From assembly GCA_028534125.1 (NCBI GenBank), contig CM052818.1:498001-562000 (forward strand): DNA of 64,000 nt, in the 5' to 3' direction. Under the pieces are notes generated by a model. That model was not told where the DNA came from, did not search any database, and saw only the letters and a list, made by a program, of their open reading frames with translations. The position numbers were made by a program, and so were the translations under genes. Origin of the DNA: Lama glama. Taxonomy: Eukaryota. Below, one piece after another: positions 13,917 through 26,186 of the stretch (positions are counted from its first letter, which is position 1; every line of letters begins with the position of its first letter).

Positions 13917-13955
13917 GTAGACACCTTTGTAGAGAATCTGGAACCAATACCATGA
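13917..13955 (+). CDS. DGUOK: DGUOK terminal coding exon (exon 7 equivalent)
   Basis: Polypyrimidine tract then ccacag| acceptor. Translates VDTFVENLEPIP* with TGA at 13953-13955, resembling the human C-terminus VNTFVKNL; the 3' UTR follows. Confidence 0.93.
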   Translation, partial: VDTFVENLEPIP

Positions 13956-14989
13956 TGTTCTAGTTGTGACCTGGGCTCTCTGACTTTCTGAAGCCAGACG
14001 GATACAGAGTCACCCACCTTCCCACCCGCACTCCCATGTCCGTTTACCCCCAGAGCGCCCTCAGCGGTTGTCAGCGGCAGCGCCTAGTGCAGCTGTGTTT
14101 CTGTCATCCTTAGACCCAGCCCCATCTTCTTTTGTATTTCAAGGACTTCTTACAGTCTGAGTGTTGGTTATCTTGCTAATCCACTTGTTCATTCATTTCA
14201 GCGAGTGTCTATTGGTGCTTGCTGTGAACTCCCCTCTAGGCTGGCCATTTTCACTTGAGAAAAGTCTCTGCTTTTTTTCTTTTGGAATCCTTCCCTGTGT
14301 GTTCACTGGTTCCCTCTGACATGGCAGGGCAGGAATTGCTTCCAGGACCCCCAACCAAGCTCCACCTTGGACGTGAAAAAGGGAAGTAAAGTGGCTCAGG
14401 AGTCGGGGGAGGACGACACTCAGATGGGAGCCCCAGAGCCAGGAGGTGCCTTTATCTCTTCCCACCCAGCGCTCTTGGAATGGGGGTTGGGGTGGGGATT
14501 TGGACCTTCGTCCTGGGGCTGAAGAACCTGGACAAGAGAAAGGGAGGCAGGGAGAGAACAAATCAGGAGCTCAGAAGTCCGGCATCTGACACTCGGGGTT
14601 TGGTCACCTGGCCCTCTGGCCTGCCCCAAACACCTCACCCCGTGAGTTAGTTTCTGATCACGGAGCGAATCTGTCTCTGCTGGACAGAAAGAAAATAATA
14701 TTTTGTGTGGTATTTCAAGGACAGTTTATTGTTAGAAAAATACACGGCTGTATAGAATTCAGGTGCTTCCATGCCAGAAGCCTGCAGGCCCATGATTCAC
14801 CGGGATGGGAATTCCTGCACTGAGCCCTTGACAGTTGCGCAGGCCTGCGGGAGAATGAATGCGCTCGGGACCCCGTGTGTCCCAGAAGACAGAAACTTGT
14901 GTTTTCCTTTCTGCTTGGGAAAACGCATGTGCGATTGGTTTCTAACAAACGTGTGATGTTTTGAAATAGCATGGCATTTCTTTATCCTA

Positions 14990-15640
14990 CTTTTAAAAAT
15001 TTTAACAGCTTTACTGAGATATAATTCACATACCATACAATTCACCCATTTGAAGCGTGCAGTTCAGGAGTTTTTATTATAGTCATAGGGTTGTGTAACC
15101 ATCAGCACAGTTGATTCCAGGATGTCTTCATCACCCCAAGAAGGAGTGTCATACTGATTAGCCATCACTCTCCAGCCCCCAGCCCCACAGTCCCCACCTA
15201 GCTGCACCCCACCCTGGGCATTTACTGTTGAGCTGTTAGAGTACTTTATATATTCTGGATACAAGTCCTTACTGGATACATGATTTACACATATTTTCTC
15301 TCGTTCTGTGGGTTGTATTTTCATTTTGATAGTGTCCTTTGAAGCACAAAAGGTTTTAATTTTGATAAAGTCAGCTTTACTTGTCACTTAGCCTTTTGGC
15401 ATCACTGGTAAGAAAGTTTTGAATAACCCAAAGTTACAAACATTTACTGCTATGTTTTCTTTCAAGAGTTGTATAGTTTGGACTCTTGAATTCAGTCTGT
15501 GATCCGTCTTGAGTTAATTTTTGTGTGCAGCGTCAGGAAGGAATCCAGTGTCATTCTACATGTGCAGATTCAGTTGTTCCAACACCATTTGTGGAAAAGA
15601 GGAGCCTTTCCTCCCGCTGAGCTGTCTCGTCGCCCGTGTT
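14990..15640 (-). mobile_element. Old L1 (L1M-type) fragments: 3' UTR plus ORF2 C-terminal remnant
   Basis: The minus-strand ORF reads DFIKIKTFCASKDTIKMKIQPTEREKICVNHVSSKDLYPEYIK, typical of L1 ORF2; an antisense L1 3' end starts near 15000. Confidence 0.85.
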
Positions 15641-15879
15641 GAAAATCTGCCCCACTTGTTCTTGTGTTTATTTGCTGCTTCAGGCTTTGGACAAGACCCG
15701 GGGTGAACGTGGGCTGCTAGGTGGGTTCTAGAAACTCTGTGGTTTTGGCCTTTAGCTTTGAGGGGCCCCAATGTTTAATTGCCATCTAAGTCCCATTTAA
15801 GGAACTTGAAGTCACCATTTCCAGGAACCGCTAATGTAGAAATCACCTGTAAACCCAGAGTAAGAGCACTTGGCCCCCT

Positions 15880-16230
15880 TCATTGATTTATTTGATTATC
15901 AACAAATATTTGAGTATCTGCCATATGCTGGAGACCAAGGAGGTAACAGTGAACACAGCAGAAGGCAGACCTCGTCCTCACCTCACAGAACTTGTCATCC
16001 AATGGAGAAGGTGACAGACACTGAACAAGTATTGCCGGTGAGATGAGCATTTCAGAGGATGTATGGGTATACTGTGGGGGCCTGTAACCGAAGGGGCCAA
16101 AGTAATCTGGGACAGCCCCCCACGAAAATAACCATTCTGAAGAATGAATGGGGTATTCAGGCAGAGAAAACAGTCATGTGGCAAGGCCTTCATGTGAGAA
16201 TGAGGCATTAGGCCCAGATTGTCAAAACTG
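15880..16230 (-). mobile_element. L2 LINE 3' remnant
   Basis: ttcattgatttatt...caacaaatatttgagtatctgccatatgctgg is a typical L2 3' end in reverse orientation. Confidence 0.6.
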
Positions 16231-17085
16231 GAGGAGAGTAATGAGTTTATCATTTAAGAATACCCTCCTCTCCACGTTCCTCACTTAGTCTTAAGGCCTG
16301 AAAATCTACACTTCGAGGGCTTCTTTTCATTTGTAAAACTTGCCTTTTAGAATGTAAGTGTTCTCTAAGATACTCAAGCTATCAACTGTCTCACTGGGGT
16401 GAAATAATTTGCCATTTTCCAAATTAGCTGAGAAGGTCTGTAGAGAGAAGATAGTTTAATGAGGAGTCATTTTGGGACTTTTAAGTATGAGGGTTGGGGG
16501 TAGATCTGGGCAGAATGTTTAAATATGGGGATTGGGTCCACCTGGCAGGCCAGCCTGGGTGGGCTGCTCTCGCCCTTGGGGTAGGCTGTCCTGCACAGTC
16601 AAATAACTAGAATTAGCACAAAAATAGCTACATTTCCTTCTGGTTTATGATGTGGTAAAACCTGCTCTTCTGGAACCAGAGTAATTACCTTGATGGGCTT
16701 ATAACGTGGACTGAGGTTGTGAAAGTTCTCAAACTCAGGCTTTTAACGTGAAGGGAGACAGTGATCCTTTCAGGTGAAGGAGGTTGCTATGTACAAATGG
16801 GGAACTCACAGGGGAAACAAACAAGAAAGTAACGTGCTTTAAAATGGAGAGACTGTGTAACCTCCTTCAGTCCTTACTTTAAAGAACAGGCAGTTTAAAT
16901 CTCTGGACTACTTTCTCCTTGGAGCTTCTTCCTTTGCTGTTCTCTCCAGGCTTTTCTACTGTTTGGTGTCTCCCTTACTGTCTCCTCCACTGACTCACCA
17001 TTTTTTCCCCTCTTGTCTGAAGTGTTGGCGTCGCCCCAGGCATCCTTGGCTCATTTCTGCCTTTCCTCACTCCTCTGGGTGATTT

Positions 17086-17582
17086 TGCATTCATTTTCTA
17101 TTGCTGCTATATCAAATTACCATGAATGTGGCTTAAAGCAGCACAGACCTATTATCTCATAGTTCTGTAGGGTAGAACTCTGACTTGGGCCTCATTGGGT
17201 TAAAATCAAACTTATCAACAGGGCTGCGCTCCCTTCTGGAGGTTCTAGAGGAGAATTTGTTTCCTGGCCTTTCTTGTCTTCCAGAGGCTGCCCACAATCT
17301 TTGGCTTGTGGCCCCTTCCTCCTTCAAAGCCAGCAACGTTGCATCTCTGACCCTTCTTCTAACATCACGTCTCTCTCTGACTACAGCCAGGAAAGCCTCT
17401 TTGCTGTTAAGGGCCCACTTGATGGCATTGGGCTCATCTGGATAATCCAGAATACTCTCCCATCTCAAGGTCTTGGGCCTTAGTTCCACCTGCGAAGTCC
17501 CTTTTGCTAGTAAGATGACGTTCACAGGTGCCAGGGGTTAGGATGTGGATGTTTCAGGGGTGTAATCATCCTACCTTGCACA
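17086..17582 (-). mobile_element. MLT1 (ERVL-MaLR) solo LTR, MLT1D-like
   Basis: ttttctattgctgctatatcaaattacca...ggcttaaagcagcacaga...ttctggaggttctagaggagaatttgtttcc, characteristic MLT1 sequence in reverse orientation. Confidence 0.85.
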
Positions 17583-18459
17583 GATCTCAAACACTGTCCT
17601 GGTGTGCATTACGAAAATACGGGGTGACGGCTTTTTAAAAACTTGGAAATGTTATGGAAAATGTGAATCATTGCAATAGTGGAGAGAATAATATAAAGAA
17701 CGCCCATAACCCTGTTGCTCATGTCATAATCAGCCTAGGATCACCAGGGAGAAACCCGTATTTTGACAAAATCAGGTTAACTCATTACAGTGAAGGAGAC
17801 CAGATAACAGAGGAACTATGGGGTGTCTCGCCAAATAGGCAGAGAGTTACAGGAATTGAATTTAGGAAGGATAGAAATTTAAGGAGCAGTGTTTTGATAG
17901 GCTCAAAGGAAAGCAGGAGGCAACATCTGGTCTGAGCTGCACAGTAGACCCAGGTTCATTTCCTTAGAAAGGGCAAAGTCAGGATAAACTGGGGACGCTG
18001 TGTTCAGAAGCCCCTTATCTGAAGCTCTGAACCTGGGTTGCAAATCAAGACTGCTTCTCTGTGTCAACGTGACTTAGATCCTACTGGCAACAGAGGGGTG
18101 TTTCATTTTTACTGATAAAATTTCAAATGGCAAAGTTTCTGATGGTCTATCATTTTAGAGAACAAGGTTTCCCAGGGGGTCGGAAAGCAGAAGTCACGCA
18201 AGAAGGGGGTGGTTGTGACACTTCAGCTGCAACGTGCCTTTGGGAGGAATATTGTTTCATGGTAATGTAGCTGGCCTTACCTACGTTTGTCCTCCCAGCC
18301 TGAGGAGTGGCAGGGCAGATTTTTTTTTTCCTTTAGTGGGAGCTAATTTTTACTTTTTCACCCACTTCAGTTATCTACTTATAGTCAATTTTGTTTCACC
18401 TATAGCCTACCCACCATCCTCAGATTATTTTGAAGCAAATTGCAGACGGGAAAATGACT

Positions 18460-18810
18460 TTTTTTTTTTAAATTGAAGTATAGTCAGTTACAATGTGTCA
18501 ATTTCTGGTGTACAGCATAATGTCCCAGCCATGCATATACATACACATATATTCGCTTTCATATTCTTTTTCATTAAAGGTTATTACAAGATACTGTATA
18601 TAGTTTCTTTGCTATACAGAAGATATTTGTTTTTTACCTATTTTTATATATAGTAGTTAACATTTGCAAATCTCAAACTCCCAGTTTTATCCATTCTCAC
18701 CCTCTTTCCCTAGTAACCATTAGATTGTTTACTATGTCTGTGAGTCTCTTTCTTTTGAAGATGAGTTCATTAGTGTTCTCTCTCTCTCTTTTTTAAGATT
18801 CCACAGAGTT
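18460..18810 (-). mobile_element. Young 5'-truncated L1 3' end (camelid/artiodactyl type)
   Basis: Poly-T followed by aattgaagtatagtcagttacaatgtgtcaatttctggtgtacagca; nearly identical to the copy at 30976-31224. Confidence 0.85.
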
Positions 18811-20427
18811 CTTATTCCATTCACCCAGGTGACGACACTAGAAGCCTCAGAGCCATCTTTGCCCCTCCAGTTCTCACCTTCCCTTCCTTTCTCACCAAAT
18901 TCTGCCTGTTCATTTCTGAAATCCCTCAAATCTTTTCTGCACCTCAGTGACTGTTTCTCTAGTTGAAAGGGTAGTGGATATTGTGGTTGGCTCCCCAGCA
19001 CTCGTACATCTGCCTCCTCTTCCATAGCAGTCACATAGCTCCCAGTGTGGCCATGCCAGGAAGGGGTGGAATGCCCACTCCCAGCCCCGCCCATCACTAC
19101 TACCAGTCATCATCTCTTCCCCAAGCCACCTCAACTAAACCACGGACAAAAGAACAGCCTCCAGTCAGATCTCACGCCCCACCCTTGCCTCCAGATAGCT
19201 GCCCTTCAGCCCTTCCTGTGTGGACATATTCTAGCCACCGTGTTTGTTTAACCTCACCTCCCACTACTCATTCCATAACCCCCCAAGACTAGCCTATGGT
19301 TCTAGAATACATCTTGTGTTTTCCATAGAGCAAAATGCTTCTCTGTCTCTCTCTTCCCTCTCATTCTTTCCCCGCTCTCTTACTGGAAGACCTACTTATT
19401 CTGCCAGTCCCCAGTCTCCTCCTCCTCTCTCTATGAAACTCTTCCCTCGCCCCCAACACAAGTAGCCAGTCTTTGTGTCCTTGGGCACTCTGCTTATTGA
19501 ATTATGTCAAACTATGCATCAGACCTGCGTAAAAGTTGTCTGGAGGCATCTCTTTCTTCTGGGCTTTGCCATTCTTGACACAGACTGTGTCTTAGTCACT
19601 TAGCACCGTGCCTGACATGTATCTATTTATTGCTATTTAGTGAGTGACTAACACGGACCTGCTCAGTAACAGAATGTTGTAACTGGAGACATGATCTGCC
19701 CTTTCTGAAATCATTAGGTTTGTGAGCTCCACATTACAATCACTGGTGTGCCAAGTACTTTCCAAAGGTTGAGGACATGCAAGAAAATGATGGCCCCAGA
19801 CCCCACCTTCATATTGTCAAGGGAGCTGATGACTGAATGCCTGCAGTGTGCCAGTCACTTCCTGAACACTTTTTAAATGTTAATCCTCTCAACAATCTTA
19901 TGGAAGAAGTTCAATATCTCACTTTTTACTGGTGAGGAAACTGAAGCTCAGATTCTCAGTTACTCACACATGGTTCTGCAAACTGTGCTCCATGTTCTCT
20001 TTCCACAACATCAAACTGACTTGCAAGGGAGACAAGACTAGACTTTCAGAAAAGAAGGCAAACATGAATTTCTTTGACTGCCTGCCTGGAATTATCAGCC
20101 CACTGTGGTCACCTGGGCAGGAAGATCTTCCAGCTTGCCAGCACTGCTGGGTGGACGTCCTCAAGTGCATCCTAAATATACCTTTGGCCCACTGGGGCCC
20201 TAAGCAGGCACAGAGATGCTTCCAGGGGCCCACATTTCCTCTTCCTGGCAACTGCACCTTCAAGGTGCTGAGCTCCATCAGACTGGGCAGTGGGGTGTAT
20301 TTGGAAGTTAGAAAGTTCTGGAAGTGCCTTCCTATCCCACTTCCTGGACCAAGCTGCCCATTGCTATCAGATGATGCTCCTAAAACACGTTTAATGATGT
20401 AAATATTCTCCTTATAAAGGACTGGTT

Positions 20428-20665
20428 TCTAAATGCAAAGTGGTATCCTGGACTGGATCCTGAAATACAAAAATAACGTTAGTGGAAAAACCAAAGCAGT
20501 GAAATCTAAGTGAAATCTAGAATTTGAATAATAGTGATGTACCAATGTCAGCTTCTTAGTTTTGACAAATGTTCCATATAATGTAAGAGTTAGCACTGGG
20601 GAAAACTGGGCAAGGGATATATGGAGACTCTGTGCCAATTTTGGAAATTAATTGCAAAATAAAAG
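20428..20665 (+). mobile_element. Old L1 (L1MC/ME-type) 3' end
   Basis: atcctggactggatcctgaaa...tgtaccaatgtcagcttcttagttttgacaaatgt...ggggaaaactggg pattern ending in AATAAA. Confidence 0.7.
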
Positions 20666-22248
20666 TTCACTTTTCAAAAATGTTGGTGCCTCTTACAAGA
20701 TAATGACCAGGCTCTTTAATGGACATTTGGGGTCTGCCAACCTTATCTTCCCCTGCCCCTGTGAAACAACCTCTGCTCCAGCTACATGGTTTTACTCACT
20801 GTCCTTTGAACAAAGTCATGCTCTCTGGTCCCTGCATTTGCCCTAGCCATGCCTCCTGCTGGAAAGACAACTGCCAGAGAATCAGTCATGGTCCTGAACT
20901 GTGATCAGAAGCAGTTCAGGACCATGACTGTGAAGCTGATGGAGGCCCAGGGCCCATCATTTACAACTGCTGCGTCCACAGAAAATTCTCAGGGACCCAA
21001 GGCTCTGGTAGGGACATCCGACTCACAGAATCTGGGCCACGTACCTTTGGCATGCCAAGTAGCTGCAGGGGAGTCTGGGAAGAACAGTATTTGAGTAAAG
21101 TATTTCCATTTTTACTATGGGAGGCGGGCTTTACCTCCAACTTGCCTCGGTAGGCTAGTCCCCAAACACAGGAAGGGATTCATTCACTGGTTCTCCGCAC
21201 AGTGGCAGATGTCCACCACACCTGGGTTTTCTAGCGCCAAAGCTTCCACTGAGGACCATCGGGCTCAGGTGACACTTGGGAAACTCCAGCTGGATTTGGC
21301 CTGGAGGGTGCATGGTGTAGACTGTGATTTTTGATATTTGGTTTGCTAGACCAGGATCAGGAGGACTTCATCTCCTGAGGGCACTTGAGTTAAAACCCTG
21401 GAAGTGAGAAGGGCCCAAATGCACTTCTTCGGGAGCAGCGATGGGAACGGCAACACTGGGGAAGTGATGGCCAGCTCTGAGGTGAGAGAGCTGGGGCGTC
21501 CGTGAGAAGATTTGGCATTCAGTGTTCTCCCCATCACTTCTCCAGCCCCCAGGAGCATCTGACTCCTGTCTCACTCGTTCTGAGTCATCTGGGTCTCGCA
21601 GCATCCCTCCTGGTAGTTCTCATATCTGGCTCATCAACAAGCACCTCTTAAGGGAGCCTTTACTGACCCCTCCCCAGCTGGGTCAGGTGCCCACCATTGA
21701 GAGCCTTTGGCATGTCTTATTGTTGCATTTGCCACAGAGCATTAAAATGACCTATTTCCCTGTCTCTTTATCAGAATGAGTCCCATTCCTCTTTGTATCT
21801 CTAGTGCCTGGCACATAGGAGTGATAGCTCAATAAATATTAAACACAAGGAAAGATGTAGGCTGAGCTTGAGAAGGGCCCCCTTGAACTAAGCAAGGAAG
21901 TGCCCCCCAACATCTTTACCCTCTTATGCTCCCAGTTACATGCTACATACTTGCCAAGTCCCAGGCCAGCTCCCAGACAGGCTCTGAGCAGCTTCTCCAT
22001 CTCTGGACTAGGTCATGTGATTGTTAGCTCCTCAGAGTAAATGACAGAAATGGGCAGCAGATTCTGCTCTCAGGGGCCCCGCCCCAGGTGATGCTGGAGC
22101 CGCTGTGGAGCCGCTGAAGGACCCCTTGAGGAGAGAATTGCAGAAGAAAGAAGAAGCCCCAGGCCTTGACTTTGTAAAACTGCCACAGCAGCCCTGGACT
22201 GCCCTGCTCAGACTTCTTTTAGGCAAGAAAGATAGGACTTCTCAGCAT

Positions 22249-22390
22249 GGGGAGGGCATAGTTCAAGTGGTAGAGCATGTGCTTAGCATACATGAGGTCC
22301 TGGGTTCAATCCCCAGTGCCTCCTCTGAAAATAAATAAGTAAATCTAACCACCCACCTCCCCTCACCCAAAAAAGAAAAAAATAGAAAGA
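22249..22390 (+). mobile_element. tRNA-derived SINE (camelid Vic-1-like)
   Basis: ggggagggcatagttcaagtggtagagcatgtgcttagcatacatgaggtcctgggttcaatccccagt carries Pol III A and B boxes, followed by an A-rich tail. Confidence 0.85.
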
Positions 22391-22821
22391 AATGAAACTC
22401 TGACTGTTGTTTTATCATAATATACAGCTGTGGCTCTGAGCTTGTTGCAACATTCTCTCTTACCCAATCTGGGGCCCTGCTGCGGGGCATTTGTGTCAGA
22501 TCCCTTGCAACTGGGACCCCAGGGAATATTACCTGGTACTAGGGATCCACTGCAGTTGATAGATGTTTCCACAGGTAGGGAGAAGCTGTGTCACCTTGGG
22601 CAAGTCATTTCACCTTAGATTTCTTGCACTGAAAACAAAAAAGATAATCTTCAAGGCCCTTACAGTCTTATGCTCAAAATATTTGCCCTTTGAAAGAAGA
22701 AGCATCACCACTGGATGGAGGGCAACGGTTTGAGGGCTTGGGTTTGGGTGTCAGACAACCTGGGCTTCAATCCCCACTGCACCACTAGCCAGCAGTTCAC
22801 CTCAGACACAGTCCTGAACTT

Positions 22822-23098
22822 CTCTGAGCTTCTTTTCTTTTCTTTTTAATATTACAATTTTAATAAATATACCTATATAAGCACTTTGGATCTTTATAAT
22901 TATCAGCAAGGGTATTCTGGAAAAGATTCTGGGGTTTTTTGTTTGCTTGTTTTTTAAACTTTTTTTATTGAGTAATAGTCATTCTACAATGTTGTGTCAA
23001 ATTCCAGTGTAGAGCACAATTTTTCAGTTATACATGAACATACATACATTCATTGTCACATTCTCTTCCGCTGTGAGCCACTCTGAGCTGCTTTTCTT
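22822..23098 (-). mobile_element. 5'-truncated L1 inserted in a MIR, with an 18-bp TSD and extra 3' sequence
   Basis: ctctgagct(t/g)cttttctt at 22822-22839 and 23081-23098; antisense L1 3' end at ~22950-23080. Confidence 0.8.
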
Positions 23099-26000
23099 AC
23101 ATCTGAAAGTGAAACTTACTTTGCAAGGGTGTTCCAAGGATTAGAAATCCTGGAGATAAACTTCTGGGCACAGAGTAGCCACTCAAAAACTGGAGCCGGT
23201 CTGTGTGGGTGGAGAGATGGAGGGAGCTGGACAGTCCGTCACAGTCTGTCTCTGAGCTGAGCCTTGAAGGGCGAGGTGAGGAATGTGTCAGCGGCGGAAA
23301 GGTAAGGCCAGGCACGTGCGCAGCACCGGCCAAAAAAGGCGGACACGCGATGCGATGGTGACAAGTGGATATAACGTGGTCTCAAATGGGAAGAGATAAC
23401 ATGTCCCTACGTGTGATGCAGGACAGACGGTAACAGGTGCTACTTCCAGCAAAGGGAGCTTCAGGGGTCACATGGCATTCGAGCTGGTAGTTAAACGACA
23501 GTAGGATGTCTAGAACAAAAGTTACGGTGAGAGTGGCTCTAGGGGAAACCCCATGGGCCCGTGGGCAAAGGCAGGGAGCTAAGAGTCCTGTGGGTCTAGG
23601 GGAGGGGAGGCCGTGAGGCTGGAGGAGGAGGCAGCAGTTGAGTGTTTTCAACCCAGCGCTCCGAGGGGCAGGGGCGCGGACAAGACAGGCGGGCGCCGCC
23701 CCCGCTGCTCACACCGACTCGCCGCCGCCTGTACCTGCTGCTCCGCGGCACTCCGCGTGGGCTGCATCCGCCAGGCCGGAGCCGGGACGCCCGGGGGTCC
23801 GGGAGGGGCTCCCGAGGTCCCCTGGGCCACTCGGCAAAGGGGCTGGTGCGGGACTTGTGTTCAGAAGGTGAAGGGCTGGGAGAGCAGGCAGGCATTCGCT
23901 GCAGCTTCCTTCCCGCCCGCCGGGCGGCTGGCTGCGTGCCCTGAACTTGACCTCACATGACCTATGTGTTCCCTTCTTGGAAACGATTCCAGTGCCAGGA
24001 GCAGTTGAGCTCTGCCTTTGGCTTTCTTTTTCCTTCAGAGCAGGGACTTTGTCTCAGCTGAGACTGGCTTCTGCTGCTCCCAGAGTCTCGGCTCCCCCGT
24101 CAACAGCACCTTGCGAGCCCTCCGTGGCTGCCAGCGGGGGGCCTAGTGTTCGCAGCCTCTTTTCCTTGATTCCTGTCAGCCCTCATTGTTCTTAGAAATG
24201 ATGACTTTGAGAGTGCGAGATCATTGCATAGATAAAGACCAAGGGGGGGGTGGAAATCCCCCCGTCCCCTCCCCCGCTCACAGCCCTCCCCACCCTCTCC
24301 CCGCCCCCCGCCGCCCCCCCCCCCAGGTCACTCGGCTGCGCAACAGCTGAGCTGGACCATCGCAGTAGTTCTGACTCTCAGGCCAGTGCTCTCGGTCCTG
24401 GCTATGAGCTGCTTAACTCCGTACTCGTCAAACTCATTAACGCGTGGAGGTGTGGACGTCGGCTCGTTTGCAAGTCTTAATTTGGATTAATGTCAGTGTC
24501 TTGCAACGCCTGTGTGAAAAAGTGAGTTATGTTTTGGACATCGTCCTTGTTGACAATACCATGTTTGGATGTTTTGTGGACTGGGTTGGCATGAAAAATA
24601 ATTCCCAAAATGCCTGGATTTGTCCAGTGTTGCTGATTAGTGTTGTCTTAGGAGACTAAATCCAGCATTAGCCCCAATAAGGGGAAGGAAGCACACCATT
24701 CTCTCCTTAGTCCAGTGCATAAGGAATACACACAGCATATTTATCAAAAGAAAGGGACGGATTTCTAACCAGCATAAAAGCTAGAAATTACTAATCCCAA
24801 ACAGACTGCTTTGCTCAAAAACCTTTTGAGTTAGTTTGTGGGTCCCAGTAGAGAGCCAGGCTCTGTTCACCATTCAGCAAGAATTTGTTGACTGTCTAGG
24901 TCCCAGGTGTTATGGATGGTGCTGAGAATACACTGGGTAGCAACACTGACACACACGTGTACAAATGACCTCTTGACTTAAAAAGGAAGACGTCTTACCT
25001 AGGCTTGAGTACCATGTTACTCCTCAGATTTGGTTCTCAAAGATATTTTCAGCTGCTTCCTAAAATTAGGCTTCTCTTCAAAGGATGCAGAATGAATTCA
25101 CTGATTGAAAATACTCAGAAAATAATGTAACTTGGACAAAGGCAATCTCAAAAGAGGGATTCCTAAGACATTTTAAGCAATGGCCACATAGCCTCCCAAG
25201 GAGGTGACTTAGATAAGAACATTTATTTAGAAGTAGACATTCTGGGGTTTTTGTGTCAAATGCAAAGGCAAATTTTCATGGGAACAAGGTTTTGGCTTCT
25301 GGAGGCCAGCCACCTCTCAAAGCAAGACGACCAGAAGACCTGAACCAACTCAGCCTATTGGTTGCTGTCCACTGTCCATGAGCCCTCAGGCTAGGACTGC
25401 CCTGGGCACCCACGTTTGACAGCACCTGCCTGCAGGATCTCCAAATCAAATCAAATTACAAGACCAACACAGCTTAGAAACAAATCTTTTCATTTGCACA
25501 GGTTCCCGCACTGCCAAGGATATTTCATTGATCAAAGGGAAGTGCTGTCATCTGAGTCTCCAGCTTCTTTCACAAAGAACACATTCTCTATACTGTCCCA
25601 CACAGCACTTTCTCAGTTACCTTCTCCTTGGAGTCACCCCTAACTCTTGCAGTAGGCATTAAATATTCCCATTTGACAGACAGACTGAGGTTCCATTAAA
25701 TGGCTCCCCTAAAGCATGCAGCTGGAGAGGGGCCCTTATGGGGCTTGAAGCCAGATGCTGTGGTTTCTCCTCCCTTCTCCACCAGACCAGGGGCATCAGC
25801 TCTGTTGGAAACTCGCAATGGCTCGTGCAAGCAGTGGTCCCCAGCCTGGTTGCACATTAGCCCCCCACCCAAGAGTGATTAGATGTTGCCAGTGACACAA
25901 GGCCCAGGCCCCCCTGCAGGTCCATCCCACCAGAATCTCTGTGAGCGGGGCCCGGGGATTGACATTCCTTAAGAGCTCTAGGGAGCTTCCGCGGGCTGTC

Positions 26001-26186
26001 GTGGTCATTCTGTTAGTCGTCAGGGATTTGCTGCCTGCTCTCTCAAGGACCTGCTTTAAGGCCTAGATATTTCAGTTGTCTTTTCAAAAATAATTTTCTA
26101 TTTCTCAATTATAGGAATAATGCTTATTTATTGTAGAAATTTTAGAAGGTATGAAGAAGAAAACAAAAATCCAGAGATGCACTGTT

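Noticed and set aside
17730..18290. Block that looks LTR-like by eye
   Set aside because: I could not assign a family or find termini; a Dfam search is needed.
22249..22322. tRNA-like sequence with A and B boxes
   Set aside because: It is followed by a SINE body and A-rich tail and has a relative at 46637-46719, so it is a tRNA-derived SINE rather than a tRNA gene.
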